Positions 1 to 12,529 of a stretch of 64,000 bases of DNA are shown here, piece by piece. Each line of letters begins with the position of its first letter. Within the stretch, counting starts at the first letter, position 1. The notes below the pieces were generated by a model. It worked only from the letters and a program-made list of their open reading frames with translations, searched no databases and had not been told where the DNA came from. Location: NCBI GenBank assembly GCA_013239625.1, contig MU054117.1, forward strand, positions 1,672,011 through 1,736,010. The letters run 5' to 3'. This DNA comes from Lama guanicoe (taxonomy: Eukaryota). Position numbers and translations under genes: made by a program.

Positions 1-105
1 AGTTTCCAAACGAACTCTAAACCAGGGGAACCTATGTTTCTCCTTTGTCACTTTTATCCCATTACACATATGTCTTAGCTATAAACATGCAGAAATTCCA
101 TTTAC

Positions 106-384
106 CTCCAGAGCTGCTTGCTGGGAGGATGTAGTGGGGGCTTGTGCTAAGCTCACTGCTGGCTGGGGCACTTGAACCTGTCCTCCTATACTGCCCACGG
201 AAACCAAAAGATTTGATTCCACATAAGGCTGCACCACTGTAGGAAAGTAACCTGGGGCAGCCAGTGCTTCTGTCGGCAAGGGAGGGGACAGGACTGTAGA
301 AGGGAGGCAAACAGAAGCCACGCTGGAAGAGGGAGCAATATTTGAATCTCCTGGGTACTGTGGTGGCAGTCGAGGTGGGAAGCC
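106..384 (-). CDS. WNK1: WNK1 exon 12 (alternative proline-rich cassette, 279 nt, phase 0/0, carries the PPQY motif)
   Basis: Acceptor tcacag|GGC, donor GAG|gtaaat. Encodes GFPPRLPPQYPGDSNIAPSS...SSQQAALE. Confidence 0.96.
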
Positions 385-1098
385 CTGTGACAGAAATGAG
401 GAAGGGGAGTTAGTGTAGGCTGGGTCATCAAATGAGCAAAACAGCAGGACATGCACAGGAAAGCACGTAGCGAAGATGAACAGCACCCCAATCCCTCTCT
501 AATAATTTAAAGAAGATTCTTCCTCGAAATTAAATGACAGACTGATTTCATTTAGGGGACAGGGCTGTATAGAAGTGTATTTTAAATTGCTATTTTCCCC
601 TCTCCTGGAGACTATTTAAATAGGAGGAAGACACAGAATTCCTTCTAGAAAAATAGCTACTTTCTAGTCAGTCAAACAGGAGAATGCAAAACCTCTGAGG
701 TATCCGTCATTCCAGTCAGGTAATGGCATGCTAACACTCTAAATCTAAACCCTGAAGTTTTTTAAGGATCCCATGTTGGCCACCGTATTTACTCTTCCTA
801 TAAAAACGTAGCCTGATATATTCTATTATTAGCTATATCTAGCATTCAATCAGCTTACACCGAGTATTGAGAGAACCACTTTCCCCAAAGAGGTGTCTTG
901 GGAAAAATGGAAATGAACTGTCAGACATTACCCCCCATCCTTTCTCAGGAGTTTACTATTTTAGCGTCTATGGTTGAGATCAGGAACTCTGGTTACTGCT
1001 AGTTATTCCGATATTCCAGTATCAGGTTCTGAAGTCCTTGATGTTGTCATTACAGCCAAACCCTCTGGCGCCCTCCTTTTTGCCAGTCAACACAGTAC

Positions 1099-1554
1099 CT
1101 GGTAGAGAGCATCTCCAGAGGGAAGTGGAGCCTCAGCAGTCTGTCCAAGGCTAGCGGGTATCCCTGTGGACTGGACTGCTGGCTGCAGGAGCTGTGGGTG
1201 AGCCTGACCCGGCAGCTGGGTCGCAGGCTGCAGGAGGGCTGGAAGCTGGCTAGGAAGCACAGCGGGTGCCCCTGGGCCTGCAGCTGCTGCAGCAGGTGAA
1301 GCCAAGGTGAGCAGAGGCTGGGCAAGGCCAGCTGCCATTGTGGCGGGAAGGGGTGAGAAACCCGGCTGAGCTGCAGAGGCGGGAGGCGCCGAGGAGATAT
1401 GAGAGACAGGGAACTGAGGGAGTAAGGAAGGCGGGAGTGGCTGTCCCACAGGGAGGAAATGAGCACCAGAATGGACTGGAACAACTGAGGGCTGTGTCGC
1501 CACTGGGATCTGAGGTTCGCCTTGGATAGTTGGTACTGGCTGGGAAACTGGAAG
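1099..1554 (-). CDS. WNK1: WNK1 exon 11 (alternative proline-rich cassette, 456 nt, phase 0/0)
   Basis: Long pyrimidine tract then cccag|CTT; donor CAG|gtactg. Encodes LPVSQPVPTIQGEPQIPVATQPSVVPVHSGAHFLP...GDALYQ. Confidence 0.95.
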
Positions 1555-2714
1555 CTGGGAAGGGAAAGAAAAACAAAACAGACCAACTTAAAGAAAAAAA
1601 AAAAAGAGCAAGGCTGCCAAAAGCAAGATGTATGTATTAGCCAAAAAAGAGAGAAAATTATAACAAACACCAAATCCCTGCATACATTAGTATGAGTTAA
1701 TATGCCACATAGGAGCAGGGAGAGGTGCGCAGGAGACAAGGAGGCTGACAGAGCGGCCACTGTGCCCAGTCTGCTGTGACGAACTCCACTAATGTTTTAT
1801 TGTTCAACAGCACAGAGACCCCTTCCACACGGAAGGCTGTTTTCTTTACAGCTTGACCGAGATGTGTCTCACGGACCATAGTCCCCTGGCACGTCTGCTG
1901 TCCCTAACCTATGGCTGCATCACCGCAGTCACTGAAGTTCAAAGGACTTCCTTTCCCAGCGGGGTCAGAGCTCATCCCTCCTGCTTCTACAATTCTCAAG
2001 TCTAACACAGACCTGTAAAAGGACGTATAGTTACCATCTTCCACTGGTTCTAGGACGCAAGCACCCCTTCTCACCACGGGTAATTTTAACATTTATGAAG
2101 TTGAGATGTATCTTACAATTAATGATGTGTCAGTTCTCAGTGTTAAACATACCTTACAACTGACAGTCTCTCAGATGTGATGAAACATGGCAGACCACGC
2201 ACTGAGCCACAACACAAGCACAAGCCCGATGTAAAGTTGAAAACAGCTCATTCGGAAGAGCCTATCTTCTACAGGGACACTTTTTTTTTTTTTTAAGGGA
2301 TTAGGACAAACAACTTAGGAAAAACCCAAGCCGTATAAAGGGTTTTGTGACTTGCTGTCAGTAGGCAGAGGAAGGAGACAATGCATAAATCTACAAGAAA
2401 ACACAGCGTGACTGCAAACCGAGAATACTAGGTGTAACTGACAACTCTAGACAACGTCCAGATTCAGCTACTAAAGCACCTTTATTAGGTCTGTACCTGT
2501 CAAACTAAGCGTTGGCTGATGCACCTAAAAGGTAAACATGTGGGATTATCACTGCTGCATGTAACCATTACATCAACCAATGCATAAGCACAAGAGGTAA
2601 TTTTCACTTCATTTTTACAGTGAAATTAGCCAACTTCCATACTCCACCACTAGAGAAGGCAGAGGCCCCTCCACACAGCCACGCGGCACTCCCCTCCAAG
2701 AACTAAGCACGCAC

Positions 2715-2864
2715 CTGTTTCCCCACTGACACGTGAGGCAACACCTGCAGGGGTGGAGGCTGGCTTACTGGCTGTGCAGTCAGGGCCTCACTGGAGGCCG
2801 GTGCCTGTGGAAGGGAATACTGCACCGTCGGCTGAGAGGAGGCTGTCTGCTGGACTCCCTGCTG
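2715..2864 (-). CDS. WNK1: WNK1 exon 10 (150 nt)
   Basis: Acceptor ttctcag|CAG CAG GGA, donor CAG|gtgcgt. Encodes QQGVQQTASSQPTVQYSLPQ...VSVGKQ. Confidence 0.93.
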
Positions 2865-3689
2865 CTGAGAAGAAAATTCAATTTTATTTCAAGTCATTAA
2901 CAGCACGTTTCTGAAGTATGCTTTAATTAGTCTGCTTAAAGAATAGCTCTGATAATAGCTACAAAATGTGAGGAAAGCACTGAACTGGGAACTTCAGCTT
3001 TACCCCTTACCAGCTGTGACACCTGAGAGGTGGCCCATCTTACTGCCAGAGCGAGGCTTCCTTCTTTGAAAACAAGGACACTACCACTCAAAGTAGGGCA
3101 AACGGAATCAACTATGTGCTAGACACCCTGGTATAACACACCTAAATTTAATGCATGGCACGTAACTGTACCCAAACAATAAATTATTAATAAATTAACG
3201 GCCCCCTCTAGCCTAACAAAAACCTGAACTTCACAGCTGACTTTCAGGACTCTCCAACACCTATAACTAGTTTAAATTTTAAATTTTTAAATAAAAGGCA
3301 ATACCTGTTTGTAATAAAAATTTTAACCAATATATCAGATTAAGAGTCAAATGAAAATACCCAACCTCATTTCCTCAGAGGCAACCAGTTAGTGGTTTTG
3401 TGCGTCAACTTTATGGATTTTTTTCTATGCATAAGTGGTCACTCACACACAAGTACACCTGTCTTTGTTTTTAAAAGTAAAGCAAAAACACGCCTATTTT
3501 ATAAATACTATTCTCTGACATGCCATTTTTATTTCATTATCAATGGAACCAATATCCTAATGATGAATATTTGAGTTTGATTTTTTTGTTACTTAAAATA
3601 ACGCTATAGCCAATAGCCTTTTACACATGTCCTGGTCCATACCACTAACTGGTTACAGCTTGTATGAAGAGAAGCTGTGTGTGTGTGTG

Positions 3690-4830
3690 CACTGAAATGT
3701 AACTGACGTGTAGCATGATTTGACATATGTACATAGTGCAAAATGATCACCACACATAATTACAAGTGTAGAAATACAGAAACCCCTCCTCCATTCAAAT
3801 TCTTTACATGTAATACACCAGCGCTGTTACCTTCACTGGACCTATACTATGAATGATCCTGTTTTTCTGGAGCATAACTTTCCCTTTCAGTTGTGTCTTG
3901 AGGTAAAACCTACAGTGACAAGCTTCTGTTTGAATACATTAGAATAGTTGAATTTTTTTTCAATTGTCCTACAGGTGTATATTCATGTAATCTTTAAGTG
4001 GATTTTATGATTTTAATTTTTAAGTAGCAGCTTTACTGAGATGTAACTGACAAACAACTGCACACGTTTAGATCATACACTGTGGCAAGTTTTAGCGCGC
4101 ACGTACACCGTGGAACTATCACCACAGTCAAGACAGTGCACACGGCCATCACCCTCAGGAACTTCCTCTGGTCTCTTTGTGATCTCTCAGTTCTACTTCT
4201 TCCCACCCCAGATCTTATCCTCTAGCAACCAACGGTCTGTTTGCTGTCACTGTAGATTAGTTTACATTTTCTAGAACCTTGTATTAACAGAAGCATAAAG
4301 TATACAGTCTTTTCTGCTTAGACTACTTTCATTCATCATACTTGGAGATTCATCATATTGTTGCATCAACAGTTAATTCATTTTCATTGCTGAGAAATAT
4401 TCCATTATTTGGATATACCATAAGTTGCTTATCCATTCATCTGTTGGTAAATATTTAACTCATTTACAGTTCTGGCAACTAAAAATGAAGCTATGTTTTG
4501 AGTTTTTATATGGACATGCTTTCATTCCTCTTGGGTAAAAAAACATCTGCAAGTGGAATGGCCGTGTCCGGTGGTAGGTGTATAACTTGCATTTTAAGAA
4601 ACTACTGAACTGTTTTCCAAAGTGACTGTATCATCCCACATTTTCACCTGCAGTGGATGAGAGCTCCAACTGCTCCACATCTTCGCCAACACTTAAGTTA
4701 GGTCAGGCTTTCTGACTTCAGGCGTTGTAATGAGTGGGTAAAGGTGATAGCTGATGATATCGAACACCTTTTCATGTGGTAATTTGCCATGTGTGTATCT
4801 TCTTTGGTGATTTAAGTGATCTTTAAAAAA
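3690..4830 (-). mobile_element. Old L1M-type 3'-end fragments (probably more than one piece)
   Basis: Degenerate L1 3'UTR/ORF2-end motifs, e.g. ttcattgctgagaaatattccatt, ttatccattcatctgttg, aactgttttccaaagtg. Confidence 0.7.
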
Positions 4831-5484
4831 GTTATTTACAATGACATACAGAACCTGGAATGGTGAAGCTGTCCCTCTAAGAATAAGGACCAAATCTATG
4901 TTCAATGTCCTGGCTTTTATTTTAAGACCAATTCTGTCAAATGTTGTCTATAAATGTTTCCAACTACATACACCATTTAAGGTCCTTACAGGCACTTTCA
5001 TTCTCAACAGTTTTACTTTACTCCATTAAACTTTTTTTGGTTATTGTTCAAAATAAGGGGCAGTGAGTAACATGTAATGTGGAAGTATGATAAAGGTTTG
5101 ACTGCACGGTGACTTCCCTCTTTATTAAGGGGTAAATCTGAGGAAAGCCCACCTCATATCTGGGCACGCGGCTCCCTCCGTCGCCCGTCAACGCGGAGCC
5201 TTGCTCACATCCAGACTCAGTGTCTCCTGGAACCCACCCCTTCACTCACCTGTACTCCAGCTCAGCGGAACCCAGGCTGGATTGTTTGTGTCTCCCCTTC
5301 TACCTTGCTTACACGGCCCCCTCCCCAACTTTTCTTTGGGCCTAAAGCATTCTTTATTCATCTGAATTTAACTCAAATGCAGAGCCCAGTTCAAATGCTC
5401 CTTCATAAAGCCTACCTGACAGCCCGCCCCCTGCTCAGATGTAATCTCTCTCCTCTCACGACATAATCGGTCAACAGTTAAATG

Positions 5485-5695
5485 GTAAGTTACACAGTCA
5501 GACTACTTGGATTTAACTTCTGTCTCTCATTCAGCTGTGTAAGTTGGGTAGAATAACTAGCTTCTCCAGATCTCACCTCAGCTCTCCCATCCGTACGACA
5601 GAAAGAATGATAGTACCTGTGCTTACAGGGTTTATATAAGCATAAAATAAAAATGTAAGTAGAATGCTTTGCACTTTGTATATGTTAGCTGTTAC
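5485..5695 (-). mobile_element. MIR SINE remnant
   Basis: MIR core-like ctcagctctcccatccgtacgacagaaagaatgatagtacct...gtaagtagaatgctt. Confidence 0.55.
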
Positions 5696-7379
5696 ACTCA
5701 CTTGTTTTGTAGGAACTGCCCACACGTCTACCAGGTGACTTGGGCTCCCTGAGAGGAGCCAGGCACGATCCACTGCGGCAGCCCCTCAGTGCCTAGCCCG
5801 TGGCCCTTCAGAGCATGAACTCAGTTAGAAAAAAAACTGTTTAATTACTTAGTTGGCGTGTATGTGGACTGTCAAAAATGAGCAGTCTGAGAGACATATA
5901 CCATTACTCTTTGCTTAAAATAATGAGAGGCTGTTATCGCCAGCGACACCACAGAGCGCTCGGGGAGAAGAGGCACTGCTAGGTAGGCCAAGAGTATGTG
6001 CTTTCCTTTTTTTTAGCACAATCACACTGGCTAATAATCAACACTTTAGGCAAACCAGTACTGTTTAGCACAGCAGCTCAGCATCACGCTTCGCCTCCAC
6101 CTGCCTCACGAAACCAGTTCAAACAGCCTACACTGACCGTGTGCTCTCTGGCAGACACAGGTGCTTGATGAAAGAAATGTTCACGAGCCTCAGGTGAACA
6201 GAAAGTAAGAGAGAACCTGAAGACTCTACACGGACCCTATGGATGAAATTAAGTGGGTAGGGCAGCTCACGACCTTGCGTGTGGCAGCAAAATACCAAGT
6301 CTTCCAGTAGAAGAAAGCTATTTTTGTCACCTCTTTAAGACAAAGCAAACCACTGGAAAAGACTCCTGATAAAAACATGAAAGAAAGCAATCCTGTATTC
6401 ATCACATTCCAGAAACACACGAGGTAAATTTTGATTAAAGTTCATTTCTTTCCTTACATTAATAAAACTAGAGATAGGTTTCCTGAGGTGGGGCTGCCAC
6501 CTGCAGTATGTAAAACAAAAATCACATTTAAAAATAGACAGACTCTAACCACATACTACAGAAAGTTTATAACCTGTCTTTTCTATATATGGAACCCCAG
6601 AAGATAGAGCAAATAAAGCTTCTTGGGCACCTCTGCAGAATCATAAGTCCCTGTCGAACTTTAATATAGAAAAAAAGAACACTATTCTAGAAATTTTGGA
6701 TTTTGATTTGTAATTTTTAATTCTATCCACTTACTGGCTATGTGACTAGGGGAAAATCAAATATTCTACACTGCATACATATAAATTGAGGGCTCAAGTT
6801 CATGATTCTATTTAACTCATGCTATATTTAAAATAAATCACAAAATGAATGTATCTTTAAAAAAAAGCATCACTGACACATGAATTAATTGTTGTCTGTA
6901 CTGTAGAGACAGCCATTTCATCATATTTTTTCCCAGAAGAGTCAACTACCTAATTCTTTTAACCTGACATTGCAGACTTTTCTCACCATTGACTCAATGG
7001 CCTTTATCATTGTCTTCTTCATTTACATGCCCAAATATAAGACACCTGACAAATTCCCTTGGAAAAGGAAAAACAGAGCACACACTTAAATCTGCTCATT
7101 TTCTTGTTATTGGCCTGCATCCAAGGATAAGCAAAATAGGAGACAGGTACTCACAACAGTGCTTCTGTCCTCACCCAGATTTATTTTGTGTTCCTGTTAG
7201 GGGTTGTTGACATAATTAGACCTGTTAAGGTTGGCAAAAATGTGACTACCTGGACTTGACTATAATCATATACAGATTCAGATACTTATCTGGAAGAGAG
7301 GGCAAGAACAAGAAAAAACATAATCCTCGGCCCTTCAGTTCTATAAAACAGAGGTGTTGGTAACACAGAAATGTATATG

Positions 7380-7847
7380 CAAGCAGACCTCAGAGGGTAC
7401 AGGTTTGGTTCCAGACCACTGCAATAAAGTGAGTACTGCAAAGAAGCCAGTCACATGAATGTTTTGGTTTCCCAGTGCATGTAAATTAAGTTCACACTCT
7501 ACTGTAGTCTATTGAGTGTGAAACAACTACAGCTAAAAAAGCAAAGTACAAACTTTAATTTAAAAATACTTTATTGCTAAAAGATGCTAACCATCATCTG
7601 AGCCTTCAGCAAATCATAATCTTTTTGCAATAGTAACATCGAAGATCACTAATCACAGATCACCATAAAAAACTTAATAATAATGAAAAAGTTTGACATA
7701 CTGTGGGAATTACCAAAATGTGACAGAGACATGAAGTGAACAAATGCTACTGGAAAAATGGAGACAACAGACTCCCTTGAAGCAGGGTTAACACAAATCT
7801 TCAATTTGTAAAAAATCTGCGAAGCACAATGAAACAAGCTCTGCCTG
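7380..7847 (-). mobile_element. Tigger1-derived non-autonomous DNA transposon (internally deleted)
   Basis: Both Tigger1-like ends present: caagcagacctc...ggttccagaccactgcaataaag and gcgaagcacaatgaaacaagctctgcctg, followed by TA. Confidence 0.8.
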
Positions 7848-8491
7848 TATAACCAAACTAGTTTTGTACAAGGAAGATCTAATCTTAATTTAAGCCAGTA
7901 TCAAATGACTACATGATTACATGTTAAACTGGAAGCAGGCCATTTGTAATGAGAATTTAAAATTTTGTTTCAAGATTTAATAGAAGCAAGCCAATTTAGA
8001 ATTTGGTGGTTCAAAAATACACTTTATAGGGAACTATAAACAAAATAGTTCATCGGGAAGTTTTTATGACACAGGTAGTGACTACAAATTTTATCTGAAA
8101 TGGATAGTAAATATTCAATTGTGCCCGAAAAGCACTATTTCCATGCAAATAATTACTGTTAACTGATATCGATGATGAACTATTGGTATTTAATTTTAGA
8201 ATTACCAGTTTTGCTGTTGAATACTTCAGCACTTTACTAATCCCTTGAGTTCTCTGAAGCTTTGGGAACAACTCCCCAAATCAGAAGTTAAAAGTATTTC
8301 TTAAAAGTTCCTGAAACCGCTGTCCTTAAGGCTTTCATTCATTAGCATAAAATCCGATACCCAGCCCACAGATCAGAAACAATCAAAACGGAGTGCAAAA
8401 TTATGAGAATCAAGCACAATAAAAGCAATGGTAAAATGCTCACAAAAGGACAAATCATGAATATATATAGAAACAAAATATATTCTTTGTA

Positions 8492-8701
8492 CAGGCAATC
8501 CTTGAACAACACTGGTTTAAACTGTGCAGGTTCACTTATATGCGAATTATTTCAATAAATACATACTACATGATCTGAGGTTGGCTGAATCCACGGATGT
8601 GTAACCAGACAGGGAGGGCACACTATAAAGCTACATGCAGATTTCTGACTGTGTAGAGGGCTCACATCCCTATCCCCGCTGCATTGTTCAAGGGTTAACT
8701 A
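8492..8701. mobile_element. Tigger2-family MITE
   Basis: TIRs caggcaatccttgaacaa ... ttgttcaagggttaact, flanked by TA. Confidence 0.8.
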
Positions 8702-8988
8702 TACTGTTAAAATAGTGTAAAATCATCTGTTTAAGAAAGTGGAGAAATTGTGTCAGTAAAAATGATTCTTTTGAATTTCAATATACGTCTAATCTAGTAG
8801 GTTGCTCCCCGCCCCCACAAAAGAAATACATTAAACAAAAGAGAAGATTTTCTGAAATGTTACGCCTCTTGATTCTCCTCTCAAAAACTTAGCAAGCCAT
8901 TTACACTCAGAGTGTCATTCATGAAAAGACATAGAACAGTGTTTCGGCGACTACTAATCCACAAAATGTAGCAACGAGTTGCTCTCAC

Positions 8989-9072
8989 CTGCTGAGAATG
9001 TTGAACAGGTTGGGAAGCTGGAACCCCTGCTAAACTACTTGAAGACGGCTGACCCTGGCTCTGCCCCTGTGC
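8989..9072 (-). CDS. WNK1: WNK1 exon 9 (84 nt)
   Basis: ttcag|GCA ... CAG|gtgaga. Encodes AQGQSQGQPSSSSLAGVPASQPVQHSQQ. Confidence 0.95.
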
Positions 9073-9524
9073 CTGAAGGAAAGAAGTGAACACAAAAAAT
9101 TAGAGGAGTTCAAAGGTAAGTCTATAGAGAGGTCAGGACTTTGCAATAAGTATGTGAGCTCCTGAGAATTTGCCTGAGCAAAATGAAACATTAGCTTGAG
9201 TAACCGTGTACGGGAGAGAGCACTGGGGCGTGTTTCTAAAGAAAAGGTTAGAGAAGAATCATATAGCAGAACATACTCTGATTCCACGCAGAAATCACTG
9301 TTAAAACCTAACCTACCCTGTGGCTCGGGCTATACTTTTTGCGAAAATAGTAAGATCCGTAATAAAATTGGTACTGAAAAGAATCAGGAAAAAGGTAGTA
9401 AGACTATCAATACGAAAAAACTATCTCAGCACCTAAAGAGAAACGGTATCTGATAATGCTATTTTGGTTCCTTTTTGCTACTTCTTGTAGTTTCATGGTG
9501 ACTTTTGTCAAAAATGTAAAAAAA

Positions 9525-9727
9525 TTATCACCTCCACTGGGGGTGATCTGGACATCTGGCAATACCTGGAGGTATTTCTGGCTGTCACAACGGGGGAAGG
9601 TGACTGCTAATGGCGCCCAGCAGGTAGAGGCCAGGGATGCTGCCGCACATCCTGCAATACACAGGGCAGCCCCCACAACAGAGGTACCTAACCTAAAACA
9701 GCAAAGCGCTGAATCTGAGAAACCCTC
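9525..9727 (+). mobile_element. MER20 (hAT-Charlie MITE)
   Basis: gacatctggcaatacctggaggtatttctggctgtcacaac...gtagaggccagggatgctgc...gagaaaccct. Confidence 0.8.
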
Positions 9728-10599
9728 ACCCAAAGGGGTCTTAAGCAAAAACAAATGAGAACGTGAGACGAGTGCAGGGCTTGATATAGGCGAGTTAAGA
9801 AAACAAAACAGCCCACATTTGCTGTTTCATTTCAGTTTAGAGGGGCCTCTCTGAAGCTACCTGGATAGGACACCACATTCCATTGCATCTTAACCACTCT
9901 AAGTATTCATTCGTCCTGCAATTTTTCTATAAATTAACTACCTGATGTTTGAAATTTCATTTTGTGAAGTTTAAACGAGAATGGGTGGCCGTGCATTCAG
10001 TCACAGCAGGCCAGACACCAGTGTATTAACGTGAGCGTACCACACTGCATGTCCACGTGGGACAGTTCTCACATCTCTGGATCTTTTTGCTTCTTAGAAC
10101 TACTCTAAGTATGTGACACTTGATGTAATATTTTCAGAGTAATTCATGCCCCTGGGGGAAGAACATAGGAAGAAAGTATAAAGAAGAATATATAGTACTT
10201 TATAAAGAGTGAGGTATTTAAAAGATCCAAATGGTATCTTGAATACATAATTGCAAAGTTTCCTATCTAATTAACTGCATGGTCTCCTACACAGATTTTC
10301 TAAGACTCATACATTTGACAAAATGTATCGAGAAATATATGGAATAGTTAATACTGACTCCACATCTTGACTTACATCCATTACTTTGTCTTTATTTCCA
10401 GGAGACTGCATATGCTCATACACATAAACAACAAAATTTAAGCTCGCTGAGGAAAACCTAAGGCCTGAGATATCTAATGCTCCTCACTGTGCAACATGTA
10501 TCATACATTCTCAAAACGAAAAAAACCCACACTGGATTCTAACTTAGTTGCTAAAAACTAGAATCAGTCGATTCTATGGATTAACATTTAAAAAAAAAT

Positions 10600-10669
10600 C
10601 TTTTAATGTTGGTACAGGGGATTGAACCTAGGATCTTGTGCACGCAAAGCATGTGTTCTATCCACCCCC
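10600..10669 (-). mobile_element. Degenerate tRNA-derived SINE, same family as 18695
   Basis: Reverse-complement B-box ggggattgaacctagga plus tgcacgcaaagcatgtg. Confidence 0.65.
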
Positions 10670-11296
10670 ATGAATTAATATTTTAACATTTAAAACATAG
10701 TGGCTTGTTTGACTATGCCATTTTAAAAAGGCATCTTCATTTGTTAAGACAAATTGCTACGATGTTTCCTGCCTTTTAAGATCCTTCCAAACTAATGAAA
10801 ATTCTGTATATTCTTACTACTACTTCAGAAAAAAAAAAAAGTTCTCTATTTTCCATTCTCTTCATTTGACAGGAAAAAAAAAGTCCTCTTCTCTATTTTT
10901 TAAAAAGTAGCCACGTTTGTCTCTAGGGAGAAAGAAATACTTCACATTAACATTTGTAAATAATCAATGCTGAGTCAACTTTACAGACATTTGCATGTTC
11001 AAAACTAGCTGAAAACATTCTACATATGGAGAGAAGTACTGACTCTGACAAATGACTAAAACTCTAGTTTTCGTGTTCTTTTCCAAGGGTTTGCACACAT
11101 TATAGTAAATCACTCAGCTTCTCTCTCACATTTTGTTCTTAAATACAAGTTGTTTAAAATACACCCCCTCCCCAGTGGAGAACCCTACGATAAAATGAGA
11201 CAATATTCCTCCTGAATGGAAAGGAGAGATAGAAAACTTAAATGTAACGGTGCATAGCAGGGTAGTTTAATAGAACCGTGGAAGTTTTCCTGTAAC

Positions 11297-12529
11297 CTGT
11301 GGATGGAGTGCAGATCCTCCTGAAGAAAATGAGGCAGATAAAACCTGCGGAGATGTGGTTCCTTGGGGGAAACAGAAGAAAAGTGGGGGTTCTTGTAACG
11401 CTGTCTGAGGCAGACGGATAAAGGGTAATGAGACGTCAGAGCCAAAAGGTGCTCCCCCTGTAGGGGGAGGTGATTGGAAATCACTGGGGTCTGAAGAAGT
11501 GATCTGTGAGGAATCACTGGAATATTCTGGGCTTCCTATTGGCCAGCTCTGTCCAACAGGCTCTGCCACAGAAACGGCCAAGTCTGGGGCCGGGTAGTTC
11601 TGCTGCTCCTCAGTCACAGGCTGCAGGCGGCCATGTGACCCAGCCAGCGGAGGGGCTGGTTCTTCCTGACTCAAGTCCACGGAGACCTGCCGACTTCGGT
11701 AAGCACGCGGAGGTAAAGCTCCCCCTCCTTCTCCTGAAGAGGAGCTCGGAGTATGAACGTGAAACTCAAACACACAAGTGCTTCTGCTCTCATTGTTATG
11801 AGTTAACACAGCAGGTGCAGAATGAGGAACAAAGACAGGGTGAAATTTCAGACGTGTAGCCTCTGTACTGATAGGTGCAGAAATGCTAGAGAGGGGAGAT
11901 CCTGGACTCAGTCCAGAATCTAATCTCAAATTCTGAAGGTGTCCTACCAGGAAAGCCTGTCCAGGCGGAAATTCAAAGACAGAACTTGAGGTAGAGCCCC
12001 CTGGCACTGGCTTCTGTTCAGGTATCTGTTTCACAGGACTTGACAGCACGGGTGAGCTGTACGGAAAACCCTCAAACTGTTCTGCCACCTGGGTCTGGTA
12101 ATGCACCCCAGCTAGATACACCGCTTCCTGAGGAACAAAGTAGTGAGCTTCTTCCGGCAGCACTAGTCCAGGCCTATAGTCCCCGTAAACTTGAGCTGGC
12201 TCAAACACAGGATGGACCTGCATCTCACACGGCTCTCCAGTCACTCTACTGGCTGTGGTGCCCAACATGACTACGGGCTCTGGTGTCCAGTTAGTTGGGC
12301 TTCCACCAGGTGGAAGAAGATTTTGGCCAACAGTCCTCAGCAGGGGTTGAAAGTGATGAGTTTGGGCTTCCAGGAAGGAGGTGCTCTTACGCCGCTGGGA
12401 AATGGCCACCTTCGGTGGACAGGTGGGAGGTGGTGAAAAAGAAACTGGACGTTCATGAATAGTTGGGAAAAATATCTGTGATTCTGGGTAAGTTGGGGTC
12501 CCCCCACGCGGATGCGCCATGGACTGAGG
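11297..12529 (-). CDS. WNK1: WNK1 HSN2 exon (nervous-system cassette, 1233 nt = 411 codons)
   Basis: Acceptor atacag|CCT CAG TCC ATG, donor CAG|gttaca. Lies within the 432-aa ORF MYELLVLFMLIQPQSMAHP...SALHPQVTGKLP, recognisable as HSN2. Confidence 0.95.

Noticed and set aside
1050..1760. 236-aa minus-strand ORF overlapping exon 11
   Set aside because: Alternative frame of a GC-rich, stop-poor exon that runs through the polypyrimidine tract; no independent coding evidence.
9407..9758. Overlapping 100-115 aa ORFs on both strands
   Set aside because: Coincide with a MER20 element; chance ORFs.
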